A DNA stretch of 32,000 bases, taken from the NCBI RefSeq assembly GCF_020969955.1, contig NZ_JAHDSX010000023.1, positions 1 to 32,000 of the forward strand, written 5' to 3'. This DNA is from Allobaculum fili (lineage in GTDB: Bacteria > Bacillota_I > Bacilli_A > Erysipelotrichales > Erysipelotrichaceae). Under the pieces are notes generated by a model. That model was not told where the DNA came from and searched no databases. It saw nothing but the letters and a program-made list of their open reading frames with translations. The position numbers were made by a program, and so were the translations under genes. Each line of letters starts with the position of its first letter. The stretch's first letter is position 1. Positions 1 to 9,440 of the stretch are shown one piece after another.

Positions 1-47
1 TTGGAGAAATCGATACCGAGATCGATTGCAGGGATGATTGATTCCAT
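1..47 (-). CDS. 5' end of an unidentified protein-coding gene that runs off the left edge
   Basis: Minus-strand ATG at 47 (plus-strand cat 45-47) with AGGAGG at 60-55, 7 nt upstream. The frame stays open to position 1 (MESIIPAIDLGIDFS...). Too short to name. Confidence 0.3.
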   Translation of the reverse strand, partial: MESIIPAIDLGIDFS

Positions 48-125
48 GAAAAAGCCTCCTTGAATAAAGGAATTATCCCAAGGAGGCGGTCGAGAAAATA
101 CCCGTCTTTTATTTGACGCTTACAT

Positions 126-881
126 TCAAAATGGACAGGAGCTGTGTTCGAACGAAATGAATTCGAATCGCTGTCGGCGCGCAAATTGCTGTGTTCTAAC
201 TGAAGGTTTCCAGAAGGCTGGGAAGCTCACGAAGGGAGCAAACTTTTTTAAGGCCATCTTCCTGCGAGCGTACAGTGCATGATTTTTGCGATCGACCCAA
301 ATGGCGGGCCAGCGCATTTTTCCAGCGGGAATCATATCCCACCAGTAGCCGGCGGCAATGTGAATGTGCGTGTTGCTTTTGAGATTCAAAGCCTTTTCGG
401 CTTCTTCAAAAAAGACGAGCTGCGGTTTATATGCGTGTACCTGATCCGCCAGAAGCACGTGGTCAATCGAACTGCCAAGCTTTTGCAGATGATGACGCAT
501 TAAAGAATCGTAAGTATTGGACATCAGGACGATGGTCCATCCCTGCGCATGAAGTTTAGCCAGACTCTCTTTTACCTCTTCAAAAGGCTCCGCTTCACGA
601 TACGCCTGCAGGATCCGTTCCGCCTGTGTCTGAAAGACTTGCGCGCTCAGTTCAAAATCGACATAGCTGAGAATTTCGCGTACGAGCGACTCAAATGGGC
701 GAAAAGTTTCGCCATACATGAGCCGATCTTCATAGCGGCTGTAATAGTCGCAGGCTTTTTGGGGATCCAGCTGATTTGCGCGGGCAATTTGAGCAAGCGC
801 CTGATCGACGCTGTCCAGATTGAGAAGCGTCCCATAGCAGTCGAAGGTGAGAATCCGATTGGATGGATTGTTTTCGTTCAT
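126..881 (-). CDS. HAD-superfamily hydrolase, haloacid dehalogenase type II-like
   Basis: 251-aa ORF with FDCYGTL (the type II haloacid dehalogenase form of HAD motif I), LMSNT and AYKP motifs in the expected order. The last ~40 codons are compositionally odd, so the exact C-terminus is uncertain. Confidence 0.8.
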   Translation of the reverse strand: MNENNPSNRILTFDCYGTLLNLDSVDQALAQIARANQLDPQKACDYYSRYEDRLMYGETFRPFESLVREILSYVDFELSAQVFQTQAERILQAYREAEPFEEVKESLAKLHAQGWTIVLMSNTYDSLMRHHLQKLGSSIDHVLLADQVHAYKPQLVFFEEAEKALNLKSNTHIHIAAGYWWDMIPAGKMRWPAIWVDRKNHALYARRKMALKKFAPFVSFPAFWKPSVRTQQFARRQRFEFISFEHSSCPF

Positions 882-1023
882 GAAGTCCTCCTGCCGTCCG
901 CCGACGGCCTTTTCGTTATTATGGATATTCTTACTGGCCGGCCGATACTTTTGAGATAAGGAAAGAATTTTGGCGAAAAAAGATCCATATTTAGCGCATG
1001 AACATATAGCGCAGCAGCGTATG

Positions 1024-1055
1024 AAAAAGGGCCGTCTTCGTAAAGAAGACGGCCC
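1024..1055 (-). terminator. intrinsic terminator downstream of the small membrane-protein gene
   Basis: Perfect 11-bp stem GGGCCGTCTTC/GAAGACGGCCC (1029-1039 / 1045-1055). On the minus strand it is followed by TTTTT (complement of 1024-1028). Confidence 0.65.
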
Positions 1056-1080
1056 GGTTCAGTTTTTAAATTGGATTGGA

Positions 1081-1365
1081 TTAAAGATCGGTTTCTGTAT
1101 ATTCCGCATCGATGATATCGCCGTTGGAATCCGAGTGGATGGAGTCGGCGCCCGATTCGATGCGCGGATTCTTTTCGCGGCTGAAGCTGTTAAATGTACT
1201 GTCGGTCGGCATCTGGAATGAACGGGTATAGACGCGAACGGTCGGCCGACGGAACAGCAGGCTGAGGAATCCAAAAATCAGCAGGAAGGGCAGCAGCGGA
1301 AGCAGGATACTTCCAAAAAAGACTAAAGCAAGTGTGATCAGAAGAGTGGTAAGTACAAATGACAT
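1081..1365 (-). CDS. small membrane protein of unknown function
   Basis: 94-aa ORF. The first ~38 residues are hydrophobic (one or two TM helices) and the tail is acidic (GDIIDAEYTETDL). AAGGAG lies 8-9 nt upstream of the ATG and a terminator follows. Confidence 0.55.
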   Translation of the reverse strand: MSFVLTTLLITLALVFFGSILLPLLPFLLIFGFLSLLFRRPTVRVYTRSFQMPTDSTFNSFSREKNPRIESGADSIHSDSNGDIIDAEYTETDL

Positions 1366-1556
1366 AGAGATGCTCCTTTCCGTTCATGCATACAGAATAC
1401 CAGTGAGGTTCTGTCAAAAAGCAGACAAAATATGTGCAATTTCCGTGTCGGGGCGAACCGCTTACACAACCGGGTTCGCAAGACACTTCTTTTCTAATCG
1501 CGTCTTGACAAAATAAGGCGCGTTTTTGACATTTTTCGCGTTTGGAGACCTGAATC

Positions 1557-2147
1557 TCAGCACTCGCGCGTTACGCTGCAGCGCTTCTGGATCGTGATGG
1601 ATCCGGAAAAACGGTCCGCAGCTTCCTTTTCCATATTCTGGTCGCTTAAAAAGGTAAATACAGCCATTGAGCCGTAATCCGCCTGCAGTTCGAGAACGCC
1701 GCTCTGATGCAGCCAGGATTCGACTTTTCCGGCCAGATCGTAGCCGGTCTGCAGTTCGTAGAGCGTAAAGGTTTTCGCTTCCAGAAAGGAAGCTTCTTTG
1801 AGCCCATTGGCAACGCCTCCCGAATAGGCGCGGACCAGGCCGCCTTTGCCTAAAAGCGTACCGCCAAAATAGCGGATGACCACGGCGCAGATTTCATCGG
1901 CTTCGCTGTTTCGCAGCACATCCAGCATTGGTCTTCCGGCTGTTCCAGCGGGTTCGCCGTCGTCGCTGGAATGGGTGAGCGCGCCGATTTTTACGGCGCT
2001 GCAGCAGTGCGTCGCATCCGGGTATTCCTTTTTGATCTGCGCGATGAACTCCCGGGCTTCCGGCATCGTTTTTACCCGGTGAAGGAGGGTAATAAAACGG
2101 CTTTTTTTGATTTCTTCGCGGAATTCAACATCTTCTTTGAGGACCAT
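1557..2147 (-). CDS. yigZ: YigZ / IMPACT family (UPF0029) protein
   Basis: Family-typical pattern: KKSRFI near the N-terminus, ATHCCSA, DDGEPAGTAG, RYFGGTLLGKGGLVRAY. The track ORF starts at a GTG (2171). I prefer the ATG at 2147, which is preceded by AAGGAAG. Confidence 0.8.
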   Translation of the reverse strand: MVLKEDVEFREEIKKSRFITLLHRVKTMPEAREFIAQIKKEYPDATHCCSAVKIGALTHSSDDGEPAGTAGRPMLDVLRNSEADEICAVVIRYFGGTLLGKGGLVRAYSGGVANGLKEASFLEAKTFTLYELQTGYDLAGKVESWLHQSGVLELQADYGSMAVFTFLSDQNMEKEAADRFSGSITIQKRCSVTREC

Positions 2148-2210
2148 AAGCTTCCTTTCTGAATAATTCACACATTATTTTCATGGATTTTCATCAATTT
2201 TCATAAGTCG

Positions 2211-2240
2211 TTGACAGGCTTTTTGCCCCTCTTTTAGAAT
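2211..2240 (+). promoter_or_regulatory. sigma-A-type promoter for the leu leader
   Basis: TTGACA (2211-2216), 18-nt spacer, TAGAAT (2235-2240). It sits just upstream of the T-box leader. Confidence 0.5.
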
Positions 2241-2244
2241 GAAA

Positions 2245-2502
2245 ACACGTTCAAAAAGCACTGACAAGGACCAAACCATCAGGAATTCTTGCAGAAAGCG
2301 GCCGGCTGATGAAAGACCGCAGAACAATGATGGCATACTCCCCTTCGAGCTGAAAGAGTGAATGCAGTAATTCTTTCCGGGTATTCCCGTTACAGAAGAA
2401 AGCGATTGATGGATCGCTAAGCGGCTGCCGCACTGGCAGCAAGAAGAGTGGTACCGCGGATCATTCCGTCTCTTTTCCCTGGGAAAGGAGACGTTTTTTT
2501 TT
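2245..2502 (+). promoter_or_regulatory. T-box leader (tRNA-sensing transcription attenuator), presumably Leu-specific
   Basis: Conserved T-box sequence AGAGTGGTACCGCGG at about 2444-2459. It is immediately followed by a terminator stem 2467-2493 (CGTCTCTTTTCCC/GGGAAAGGAGACG) and nine T at 2494-2502. It lies 93 nt upstream of leuA. Confidence 0.75.
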
Positions 2503-2595
2503 CGATATTCGCCGTTTCTGCGACCACAGACTGTCCGTTTTGCACACGCTCAGAGGCTGCATTTTCATCGTACTGAACAGAAAAGAGGATATTAC

Positions 2596-4278
2596 ATGAA
2601 CGCGAACAAGTATTCACCGGGGTACTTTCCCCCAAAGACCAGCGAATACCGCTGGGTCAGAAAAGATCATCCGGACAAGGCGCCGTTCTGGTGCTCCGTC
2701 GATCTGCGCGACGGCAACCAGGCGCTGATCGTGCCCATGTCCCTGGAAGAAAAACTGGAATTTTTCAAGCTGCTCTGCGACATCGGCTTCAAGGAAATCG
2801 AAGTCGGCTTTCCGGCCGCAAGTCAGACCGAATATGAATTTCTGCGCACGCTGATCGAGCAGGATCTCATTCCGGACGATGTCACCATTCAGGTGCTCAC
2901 CCAGTGCCGGGAACACATAATTCGAAAGACGTTTGAAGCCATTCAGGGTGCTCCGAAAGCGGTGGTTCATTTTTATAATTCGACTTCGAAAGCGCAGCGC
3001 GAACAGGTCTTCAAAAAGTCCATGGAGGAAATTAAGGAAATCGCGCTGGACGGTGCCCGTCTGGTCAAGCAGCTTTCCCAGGAATACGACGGCAATTTCC
3101 TGTTTGAATATTCGCCGGAATCCTTTACCGGAACCGAACCGGACTTTGCGCTCGACGTCTGCAATGCCGTAATCGACATTATGGAGCCGACACCCGATCG
3201 GCCGATGATCATCAATCTGCCCGTTACAGTCGAAATGTCGCTTCCGCACGTATACGCCAACCAGATTGAGTACTGCTCCGACCGCCTCCATAACCGTCAG
3301 TCCATTATTCTTTCCACGCATCCGCATAACGACCGCGGAACCGGCGTCGCCGATACGGAACTGGCCCTGCTCGCCGGTGCTCAGCGCGTGGAATGCTGCC
3401 TTTTTGGAAACGGGGAACGCACCGGAAACGTCGATGCGATTACGCTGGCGATGAACATGCTCGTTCTGGGCGTGGATCCGGGCCTCGATTTTTCCAATAT
3501 GCCGGAAATCGTCGAAACGTATGAACGCCTGACGCGCATGCATGTGCATGACCGGCAGCCTTATGCGGGTTCGCTCGTCTTCGCAGCGTTCTCGGGAAGC
3601 CATCAGGATGCAATTGCCAAAGGCATGAAATGCAAGGAAGAAGATCCCGAAGGCCGCTGGACCGTTCCTTACTTGCCGATCGATCCGCAGGATCTTTCCC
3701 GCACATACGACGCGGATGTCATCCGTGTGAATTCGCAGTCCGGAAAAGGCGGCATCGGCTATATTCTCGAAACGCGCTACGGCTACAATCTGCCGCCGAA
3801 AATGCGCGAAGACTTCGGCTATAAAGTGAAGGATATTTCGGACCGCCACCATTCCGAACTGAAGCCGGATGAAATTTTCGAAATTTTCCAGTCGGCGTAT
3901 CTCAATCTTGCTGCTCCGGCTTTCGATATTCACGAAGCGCACTTCATTCAGGGCAAGACGCTCAAGGCGATCGTCTCGGCCATTTATCAGGGCGAGGAAG
4001 TCGAATGGTACGCCTCCGGAAACGGCCGCCTGAACGCGGTCAACAACGCCATCAAGGGCGGAACGAGTCTGGAATACACGCTCGAAACGTATACCGAACA
4101 TTCCCTTTCCAATAATTCTTCCGCCAGCGCTGCCTGCTATGTCGGTCTGCTCTGGCCGGACGGCAGCCGCACATGGGGCGCGGGCACGGATTCCGATATC
4201 ATTTTCGCCGGAATTCTCGCCCTCGCCTCTGCGCTGAACAATCGCTTTATTCAAGAGGAAAAAGAAGCGCTCGCATGA
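2596..4278 (+). CDS. leuA: 2-isopropylmalate synthase (long, ~560-aa form)
   Basis: 560-aa ORF with DLRDGNQA, HPHNDRGTGVA and a C-terminal regulatory domain. AGAGGA RBS upstream. First gene after the T-box. Confidence 0.95.
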   Translation: MNANKYSPGYFPPKTSEYRWVRKDHPDKAPFWCSVDLRDGNQALIVPMSLEEKLEFFKLLCDIGFKEIEVGFPAASQTEYEFLRTLIEQDLIPDDVTIQVLTQCREHIIRKTFEAIQGAPKAVVHFYNSTSKAQREQVFKKSMEEIKEIALDGARLVKQLSQEYDGNFLFEYSPESFTGTEPDFALDVCNAVIDIMEPTPDRPMIINLPVTVEMSLPHVYANQIEYCSDRLHNRQSIILSTHPHNDRGTGVADTELALLAGAQRVECCLFGNGERTGNVDAITLAMNMLVLGVDPGLDFSNMPEIVETYERLTRMHVHDRQPYAGSLVFAAFSGSHQDAIAKGMKCKEEDPEGRWTVPYLPIDPQDLSRTYDADVIRVNSQSGKGGIGYILETRYGYNLPPKMREDFGYKVKDISDRHHSELKPDEIFEIFQSAYLNLAAPAFDIHEAHFIQGKTLKAIVSAIYQGEEVEWYASGNGRLNAVNNAIKGGTSLEYTLETYTEHSLSNNSSASAACYVGLLWPDGSRTWGAGTDSDIIFAGILALASALNNRFIQEEKEALA

Positions 4279-4302
4279 GCGAAGAAGAGGAGACTGAACT
4301 TT

Positions 4303-5604
4303 ATGGCCATGACCATGACCCAGAAAATTCTGGCCAGCCATGCCCGTCTCGATTCCGTTGAAGCCGGCCAGCTGATTTTAGCGGATCTGACAGGCGTGCT
4401 GGGCAACGACATTACGACCCCGGTAGCTATTGCCGAATTTGAAAAAGCCGGATTTGATTCTGTATACGATCCGGAAAAAATCAACATTGTACTCGATCAT
4501 TTCGTCCCCAATAAGGACATCAAGGCTGCCAAGCAGTCCGCTGCGTGCCGTTCCTTTTGTAAAAAACATGAAATTTCCCACTTTTACGATGTCGGCAAGA
4601 TGGGTATTGAACACGCCCTGCTTCCGGAACAGGGACGAGTAACCGCGGGCGACTGCCTGATCGGTGCCGATTCCCATACGTGTACATACGGTGCGCTCGG
4701 CGCGTTTTCGACCGGCGTCGGTTCAACCGATATGGCCGCCGGCATGGCCACTGGTAAGGCGTGGTTTAAAGTGCCTTCCGCTATTCAGGTCGTCCTGAAG
4801 GGAAAGCTGCCCCGGTACGTATCCGGCAAGGATGTAATCCTTTCGCTGATCGGCCAGATCGGTGTAGACGGCGCGCTCTACAAATCGCTCGAATTCACGG
4901 GCGAGGGCGTGCAGTCGCTTTCCATGGACGATCGCCTCTGCATCTGCAATATGGCCATTGAAGCCGGCGCCAAAAACGGCATTTTCCCCGTGGATGAAAA
5001 AACGATCGCCTATCTCAAAGAACACGGCGCCGCGAATCCCGTTATTTTTGAAGCCGATCCGGATGCCGTCTATGAGCAGACGATCGAAATCGATCTCGAT
5101 CAGCTCGTTCCGGTTGTGGCCTGGCCGCACCTGCCGGAAAATACCCGGCCGGCAAGCGAGTCTGGGGAAGTTCAGATCGATCAGGTTGTCATCGGCAGCT
5201 GCACCAACGGCCGCATGGAAGATATGGACGCGGCGTATGAAATTCTCAAGGGCCGTCATGTTGCGAACGGTGTTCGCTGCATCATCATTCCGGCGACCAT
5301 GGACATTTACAAGCAGTGCATCGCCAACGGCTATCTGATGGCGTTCATTGAAGCCGGCGCTGTCGTTTCAACGCCGACCTGCGGTCCGTGTCTGGGCGGC
5401 TACATGGGCATTCTTGCTCCAGGTGAACGCTGCATTTCCACCACCAACCGAAACTTTGTCGGCCGCATGGGCGATGTCACTTCCGAGGTGTACCTCGCTT
5501 CGCCCTACACCGCCGCCGCCAGCGCCCTGACTGGATCTATTACCGATCCGAGAAATCCGGATCTGAATTCGAATGACGATATGGAGGACAACGCTCATGA
5601 ATAA
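4303..5604 (+). CDS. leuC: 3-isopropylmalate dehydratase large subunit
   Basis: Aconitase-family motifs: [22 protein letters not shown], and CGPCLG with [19 protein letters not shown] upstream. Confidence 0.95.
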   Translation: MAMTMTQKILASHARLDSVEAGQLILADLTGVLGNDITTPVAIAEFEKAGFDSVYDPEKINIVLDHFVPNKDIKAAKQSAACRSFCKKHEISHFYDVGKMGIEHALLPEQGRVTAGDCLIGADSHTCTYGALGAFSTGVGSTDMAAGMATGKAWFKVPSAIQVVLKGKLPRYVSGKDVILSLIGQIGVDGALYKSLEFTGEGVQSLSMDDRLCICNMAIEAGAKNGIFPVDEKTIAYLKEHGAANPVIFEADPDAVYEQTIEIDLDQLVPVVAWPHLPENTRPASESGEVQIDQVVIGSCTNGRMEDMDAAYEILKGRHVANGVRCIIIPATMDIYKQCIANGYLMAFIEAGAVVSTPTCGPCLGGYMGILAPGERCISTTNRNFVGRMGDVTSEVYLASPYTAAASALTGSITDPRNPDLNSNDDMEDNAHE

Positions 5605-6094
5605 TGCCTGCGGAAAAACCTTTCTTTATCCTGACAACGTCGATACGGACGTCATCATTCCCGCCCGCTATCTCAATACTCCGGATGCACAGGCGCTTGC
5701 TGAACACTGCATGGAAGATATTGATCCCAGCTTTACGCAAAAGGTAAAAGCCGGCGATCTGATTACCGCGGGATGGAACTTTGGCTGCGGTTCGAGCCGT
5801 GAACACGCGCCGCTGGCGATTAAAACGGCCGGCATCTCCTGCGTCATCGCGAAATCCTTCGCGCGCATTTTTTACCGCAACGCCATCAATATCGGGCTGC
5901 CGATTCTTGAGTGTGAAGAAGCTGCGAACCAGATCCAGGCCGGCGATGAAATCGAAGTCGATTTCGCGACGGGAACGATTACCGACAAAACGCAGAACAA
6001 AAGCTGGAAAGCCCAGCCGTTTCCAGAATTCATTCAGGCCATCATCAGTCAGGGCGGCTGGATGAACTATTTGCGGCAGATGGAAAAAGACTGA
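5597..6094 (+). CDS. leuD: 3-isopropylmalate dehydratase small subunit
   Basis: [14 protein letters not shown] and [10 protein letters not shown] motifs. I prefer the ATG at 5597, which overlaps the leuC stop in ATGAATAA (8-nt overlap), over the track start at 5573. Confidence 0.9.
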   Translation: MNNACGKTFLYPDNVDTDVIIPARYLNTPDAQALAEHCMEDIDPSFTQKVKAGDLITAGWNFGCGSSREHAPLAIKTAGISCVIAKSFARIFYRNAINIGLPILECEEAANQIQAGDEIEVDFATGTITDKTQNKSWKAQPFPEFIQAIISQGGWMNYLRQMEKD

Positions 6095-6315
6095 TTGGAA
6101 AGATCGGTTCAGCCGTCCATCGAAGCGATCAGAAACTCAGAAAATAGAGAAATATGCATCTCTGGATTTCACGCGGCAAAAGAAACGTTCAGAGATACAG
6201 AATTCTGAATCTGCGAAGTCACAGAAAGACAAAACGCTGAAAACGAACCGTTAAAAACAAAGCAATATAAAACAAAGCGTTAAAAGAGAAAAACCGAAAT
6301 ACGGAGAGAAAAACC

Positions 6316-7392
6316 ATGAAAAAAACCATCGGTGTCATTCGCGGCGACTGTTCGTCGCGCGAAATCGTCGAACAGACGCTGCGCGTACTCGATCGAATTG
6401 CCGAAAAATACAATCACGAATGGACGTATGTGCCAATCGCCATGGGCGGCGACGCCATTGACCAGTTTGGCGAACCGCTCCCGCAAAGCGAACTCGACAA
6501 ATGCCTTGCGGCGGATGCAGTCCTGCTCGGTGCCGTCGGAGGTCCAAAGTGGGAAGGTCTGCCGGGAGACAAACGGCCGGAAAAAGGCCTGCTGGCTCTG
6601 CGCAAGGGCATGGGCCTGTTCTCAAACCTGCGCCCGGCGAAAATCTGGCCGCAGCTGGCCGACGCGTCCCCGCTCAAAAAGGAAATTACTGATCAGGGCA
6701 TCGATTTTGTCATCGTGCGCGAACTGACCGGCGGTGTCTACTTTGGCGAACACACCACAAAAGAAGTGAACGGCGTCCGTCAGGCGCTCGATCTCATGCC
6801 ATACGATGAAAACGAAATCCGCCGCATCGGCAAAGTCGGTTTTGAAACGGCCATGAAGCGAAACAAAAAGCTTACCCTGGTCGATAAAGCCAATGTCCTC
6901 GATACGTCCCGGCTCTGGAGAGCCGTTCTGTACGATCTGGCAAAAGACTATCCGGAAGTGGATTTCGATGTGATGTTTGTGGACAACGCGGCCATGCAGA
7001 TCTGCAAAAATCCCGCGCAGTTCGATACGATCGTCACCGAAAACATGTTTGGCGACATCCTTTCCGATGAAGCGTCCGAAATTACCGGCTCGATCGGCAT
7101 GATCCCCTCGTCCTCGCTTGGCGAAGGCACACGGGGCCTTTATGAGCCGATCCACGGGTCGGCTCCCGACATTGCGGGAAAGAACCTCGTGAATCCGCTG
7201 GCGTGCATTCTCTCCGCCGCCATGATGCTTCGCTATTCCTTTGGCATGGAAGAAGAAGCGTCCGCCATCGAAAAGGGCGTCGAAGCGGTGCTCAATAAAG
7301 GGCTGCGTACAGCCGATATGATGAGCGAGGGTATGACGCAGGTCGGCACCCGCGAAATGACAGATGCGCTGCTCGAAGAACTCGCTGACTGA
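6316..7392 (+). CDS. leuB: 3-isopropylmalate dehydrogenase
   Basis: 358-aa ORF with NLRPAK, VRELTGGVYFG and NMFGDILSDEAS..GSIGM motifs of the isocitrate/isopropylmalate dehydrogenase family. Confidence 0.95.
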   Translation: MKKTIGVIRGDCSSREIVEQTLRVLDRIAEKYNHEWTYVPIAMGGDAIDQFGEPLPQSELDKCLAADAVLLGAVGGPKWEGLPGDKRPEKGLLALRKGMGLFSNLRPAKIWPQLADASPLKKEITDQGIDFVIVRELTGGVYFGEHTTKEVNGVRQALDLMPYDENEIRRIGKVGFETAMKRNKKLTLVDKANVLDTSRLWRAVLYDLAKDYPEVDFDVMFVDNAAMQICKNPAQFDTIVTENMFGDILSDEASEITGSIGMIPSSSLGEGTRGLYEPIHGSAPDIAGKNLVNPLACILSAAMMLRYSFGMEEEASAIEKGVEAVLNKGLRTADMMSEGMTQVGTREMTDALLEELAD

Positions 7393-7540
7393 ATTTTTTA
7401 CTGTACTCAGCGGCTTTACCGGTCAGTCGGTCGCCAGGCCGGATTTGGGAGGGAAAGGATATCCCAGTCAAATCGCAAATCCATCCCCAGGGATATAGCC
7501 AAAAAATTCCAAAACTATCAAAACTATATAGAACAGTCAG

Positions 7541-7600
7541 AAGCGGTTTTCACTCGGCCTTTTCCCTGCTGGGAAAGTGCCGGCTGAAGACCGCTTTTCT
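7541..7600 (+). terminator. probable terminator of the leu operon (compound hairpin)
   Basis: Outer pairing AAGCGGT (7541-7547) with ACCGCTT (7590-7596) encloses an inner stem around TTTCCC/GGGAAA (7556-7581). TTTCT follows. Confidence 0.5.
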
Positions 7601-7784
7601 GCACAGCCTGCGCTTCTTTGTGCACCGGTTTAAGGAACGGGAAAAAACAAGGAATAAATGCGGGATTCTTTTTGTCAAAGGAAAAAGGAATCACTAAGAA
7701 GCGATGAAATTATTCTTAAGTCCTTCTGGAAAGATAGCCCGTCGATATAATCGAACTATCGAGATCAAAAAGGAGGAAGGATGC

Positions 7785-8240
7785 ATGGATTTTCTGGAAA
7801 TGATGCCCTGGATCTGGGGCGCTCTGGCGGTTCTCTTCGGAATTGTAGAAGCCATGACCGTTTCCATGGTCAGCTGCTGGTTTGCGATCGGCGCTGGCGT
7901 CGCCGCACTTGCTGCTCTGCTTCACGCCGCTCTCTGGCTGCAGATTCTTCTGTTTGCGCTGGTTTCCGTTCTTTCCTTTGTTCTGATTCATCGCCGGCTG
8001 ATCCGTGCATTTCACTTTCAGCCCGAACCGGACGGCGCGCAGGTGTATCTGGGCAAGACGGGACGGGTAACCGAGACGATTCGTCCCAGCCAGGATGGAC
8101 GCGTACTTGTGGAAGGCCGGGACTGGAAAGCATCGTGTTCTTCCGCCGTCGAAGCCGGAAGTCTGGTTCGAACGCTGCGTCTTCATGGCGTTACGCTTGA
8201 AGTCGAGCCGCTGCAGACACCGCCGGGCACGAAAGAATGA
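7785..8240 (+). CDS. NfeD-family membrane protein (partner of the SPFH protein)
   Basis: Hydrophobic N-terminal half followed by a C-terminal OB-like soluble domain (GKTGRVTETIRPSQDGRVLVEGRDWKA). AGGAGG at 7771-7776 lies 8 nt before the ATG at 7785. Position upstream of an SPFH gene is typical. Confidence 0.75.
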   Translation: MDFLEMMPWIWGALAVLFGIVEAMTVSMVSCWFAIGAGVAALAALLHAALWLQILLFALVSVLSFVLIHRRLIRAFHFQPEPDGAQVYLGKTGRVTETIRPSQDGRVLVEGRDWKASCSSAVEAGSLVRTLRLHGVTLEVEPLQTPPGTKE

Positions 8241-8355
8241 GTCCAGGCTGTCTAAAGACGCAAAAGGATATCGAAAAACAGAAATAAAGCTGATCCCGAA
8301 AGGGCAGTGAAAAAGAGACTGTAAGGAATTCTCGTATACGAAAGGAAATCGCTGT

Positions 8356-9300
8356 ATGCCCGCAATTTTTAAACTGATCACAATTGTCATTCTCGTCATC
8401 GTCGCTCTGCTCGTGCTGACCGGTCTGGTCCAGAGCATCGTGCGGATCGTTCCGCAGGCCCATGCCTATGTCATTCAGCGGCTGGGAACGTATCTCGAAA
8501 CCTGGGACGTCGGTCTTCACTTCAAGATTCCGGTGATCGATAAAATCGCAAACAAAGTCGATCTCAAGGAACAGGTAGCGGACTTCCCGCCGCAGGCTGT
8601 CATTACGAAAGACAACGTCACGATGCACATCGATACCGTGATCTACTTCCAGATTACGGATCCAAAACTGTTTACGTACGGGGTGGAAAACCCGATGAGC
8701 GCGATCGAAAATCTGACTGCGACAACGCTGCGAAACATTATCGGTGAAATGGATCTCGACCGGACACTCACTTCCCGTGATGATATCAATACCAAAATGC
8801 GCGCTACGCTGGATGAAGCTACCGATCCGTGGGGCATCAAAATCAACCGCGTCGAGCTGAAAAACATCATGCCGCCGCAGTCGATTCAGGAAGCCATGGA
8901 AAAGCAGATGAAAGCCGAGCGGGAACGCCGTGAAAAGATTTTGCGTGCCGAAGGGGAAAAGGAATCGACGATTCTCGTTGCCCAGGGACGCCAGGAAGCG
9001 GCCATTCTTGAAGCGCAGGCTTCCCGCAAGGCGATGGTAGAAGAAGCGCTGGGTAAAGCCGAAGCCATCAAGGCGGTACAGAAAGCGACCGCAGAAGGTC
9101 TGCGCTACTTAGCCGAAAGCGGCATTACCGATGAAGTGCTTCGCCTCAAGGCGCTCGAAGCGTTTGAAAAAGCTGCCGACGGCAAAGCCACCAAAATTAT
9201 CATTCCTTCCGAAATTCAGGGAGCAGCAGCTCTGGCTCAGGGCATCGTTTCCGCCGTATCCAAACCGGATCCAGAGGGAAGCGACAGCGCCAAAGCGTAA
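8356..9300 (+). CDS. SPFH / band-7 (stomatin-like) family protein
   Basis: N-terminal TM helix, then an SPFH core (VPQAHAYVIQRLG..., ITKDNVTMHIDTVIYFQI, LRNIIGEMDLDRTLTSRD) and a coiled-coil A/E/K-rich tail. Confidence 0.9.
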   Translation: MPAIFKLITIVILVIVALLVLTGLVQSIVRIVPQAHAYVIQRLGTYLETWDVGLHFKIPVIDKIANKVDLKEQVADFPPQAVITKDNVTMHIDTVIYFQITDPKLFTYGVENPMSAIENLTATTLRNIIGEMDLDRTLTSRDDINTKMRATLDEATDPWGIKINRVELKNIMPPQSIQEAMEKQMKAERERREKILRAEGEKESTILVAQGRQEAAILEAQASRKAMVEEALGKAEAIKAVQKATAEGLRYLAESGITDEVLRLKALEAFEKAADGKATKIIIPSEIQGAAALAQGIVSAVSKPDPEGSDSAKA

Positions 9301-9326
9301 AGCCGCATTTCATTCACAAATCCAGC

Positions 9327-9360
9327 AGACCGTCGTCCCGCAAAGACGACGGTCTTTCTA
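9327..9360 (+). terminator. terminator after the SPFH gene
   Basis: Perfect 11-bp stem AGACCGTCGTC/GACGACGGTCT (9327-9337 / 9345-9355), 7-nt loop, then TTCT. Confidence 0.6.
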
Positions 9361-9395
9361 ATGTCTAAAGCGAAACGAAAGGGAAAAGGGAAGAA

Positions 9396-9440
9396 ACAGA
9401 AAAGCACAGACAGGTGACGAGGCTGTCTGTGCTTTTCTGT
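9396..9440. terminator. very strong hairpin, usable as a terminator in either direction
   Basis: Perfect 18-bp stem ACAGAAAAGCACAGACAG / CTGTCTGTGCTTTTCTGT (9396-9413 / 9423-9440) with a 9-nt loop. The GC-rich inner 10 bp are followed by a U-rich tract on both strands. Confidence 0.6.

Noticed and set aside
2614-4341. Very long antisense ORFs. The 575-aa ORF here is one. Others are 4723-5259, 6622-7155, 7716-8438, 11532-12263, 13209-13958, 15371-16006, 16325-17440, 19249-19812, 20215-21183, 22279-23373, 23515-24540, 24952-25944, 25991-26854, 27532-28179, 28604-29275 and 31238-31819.
   Set aside because: Each lies opposite a gene with strong family motifs. Their translations are R/F/G/H-rich with no recognisable motifs and no RBS. 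They are typical shadow ORFs of codon-biased, moderately GC-rich genes.
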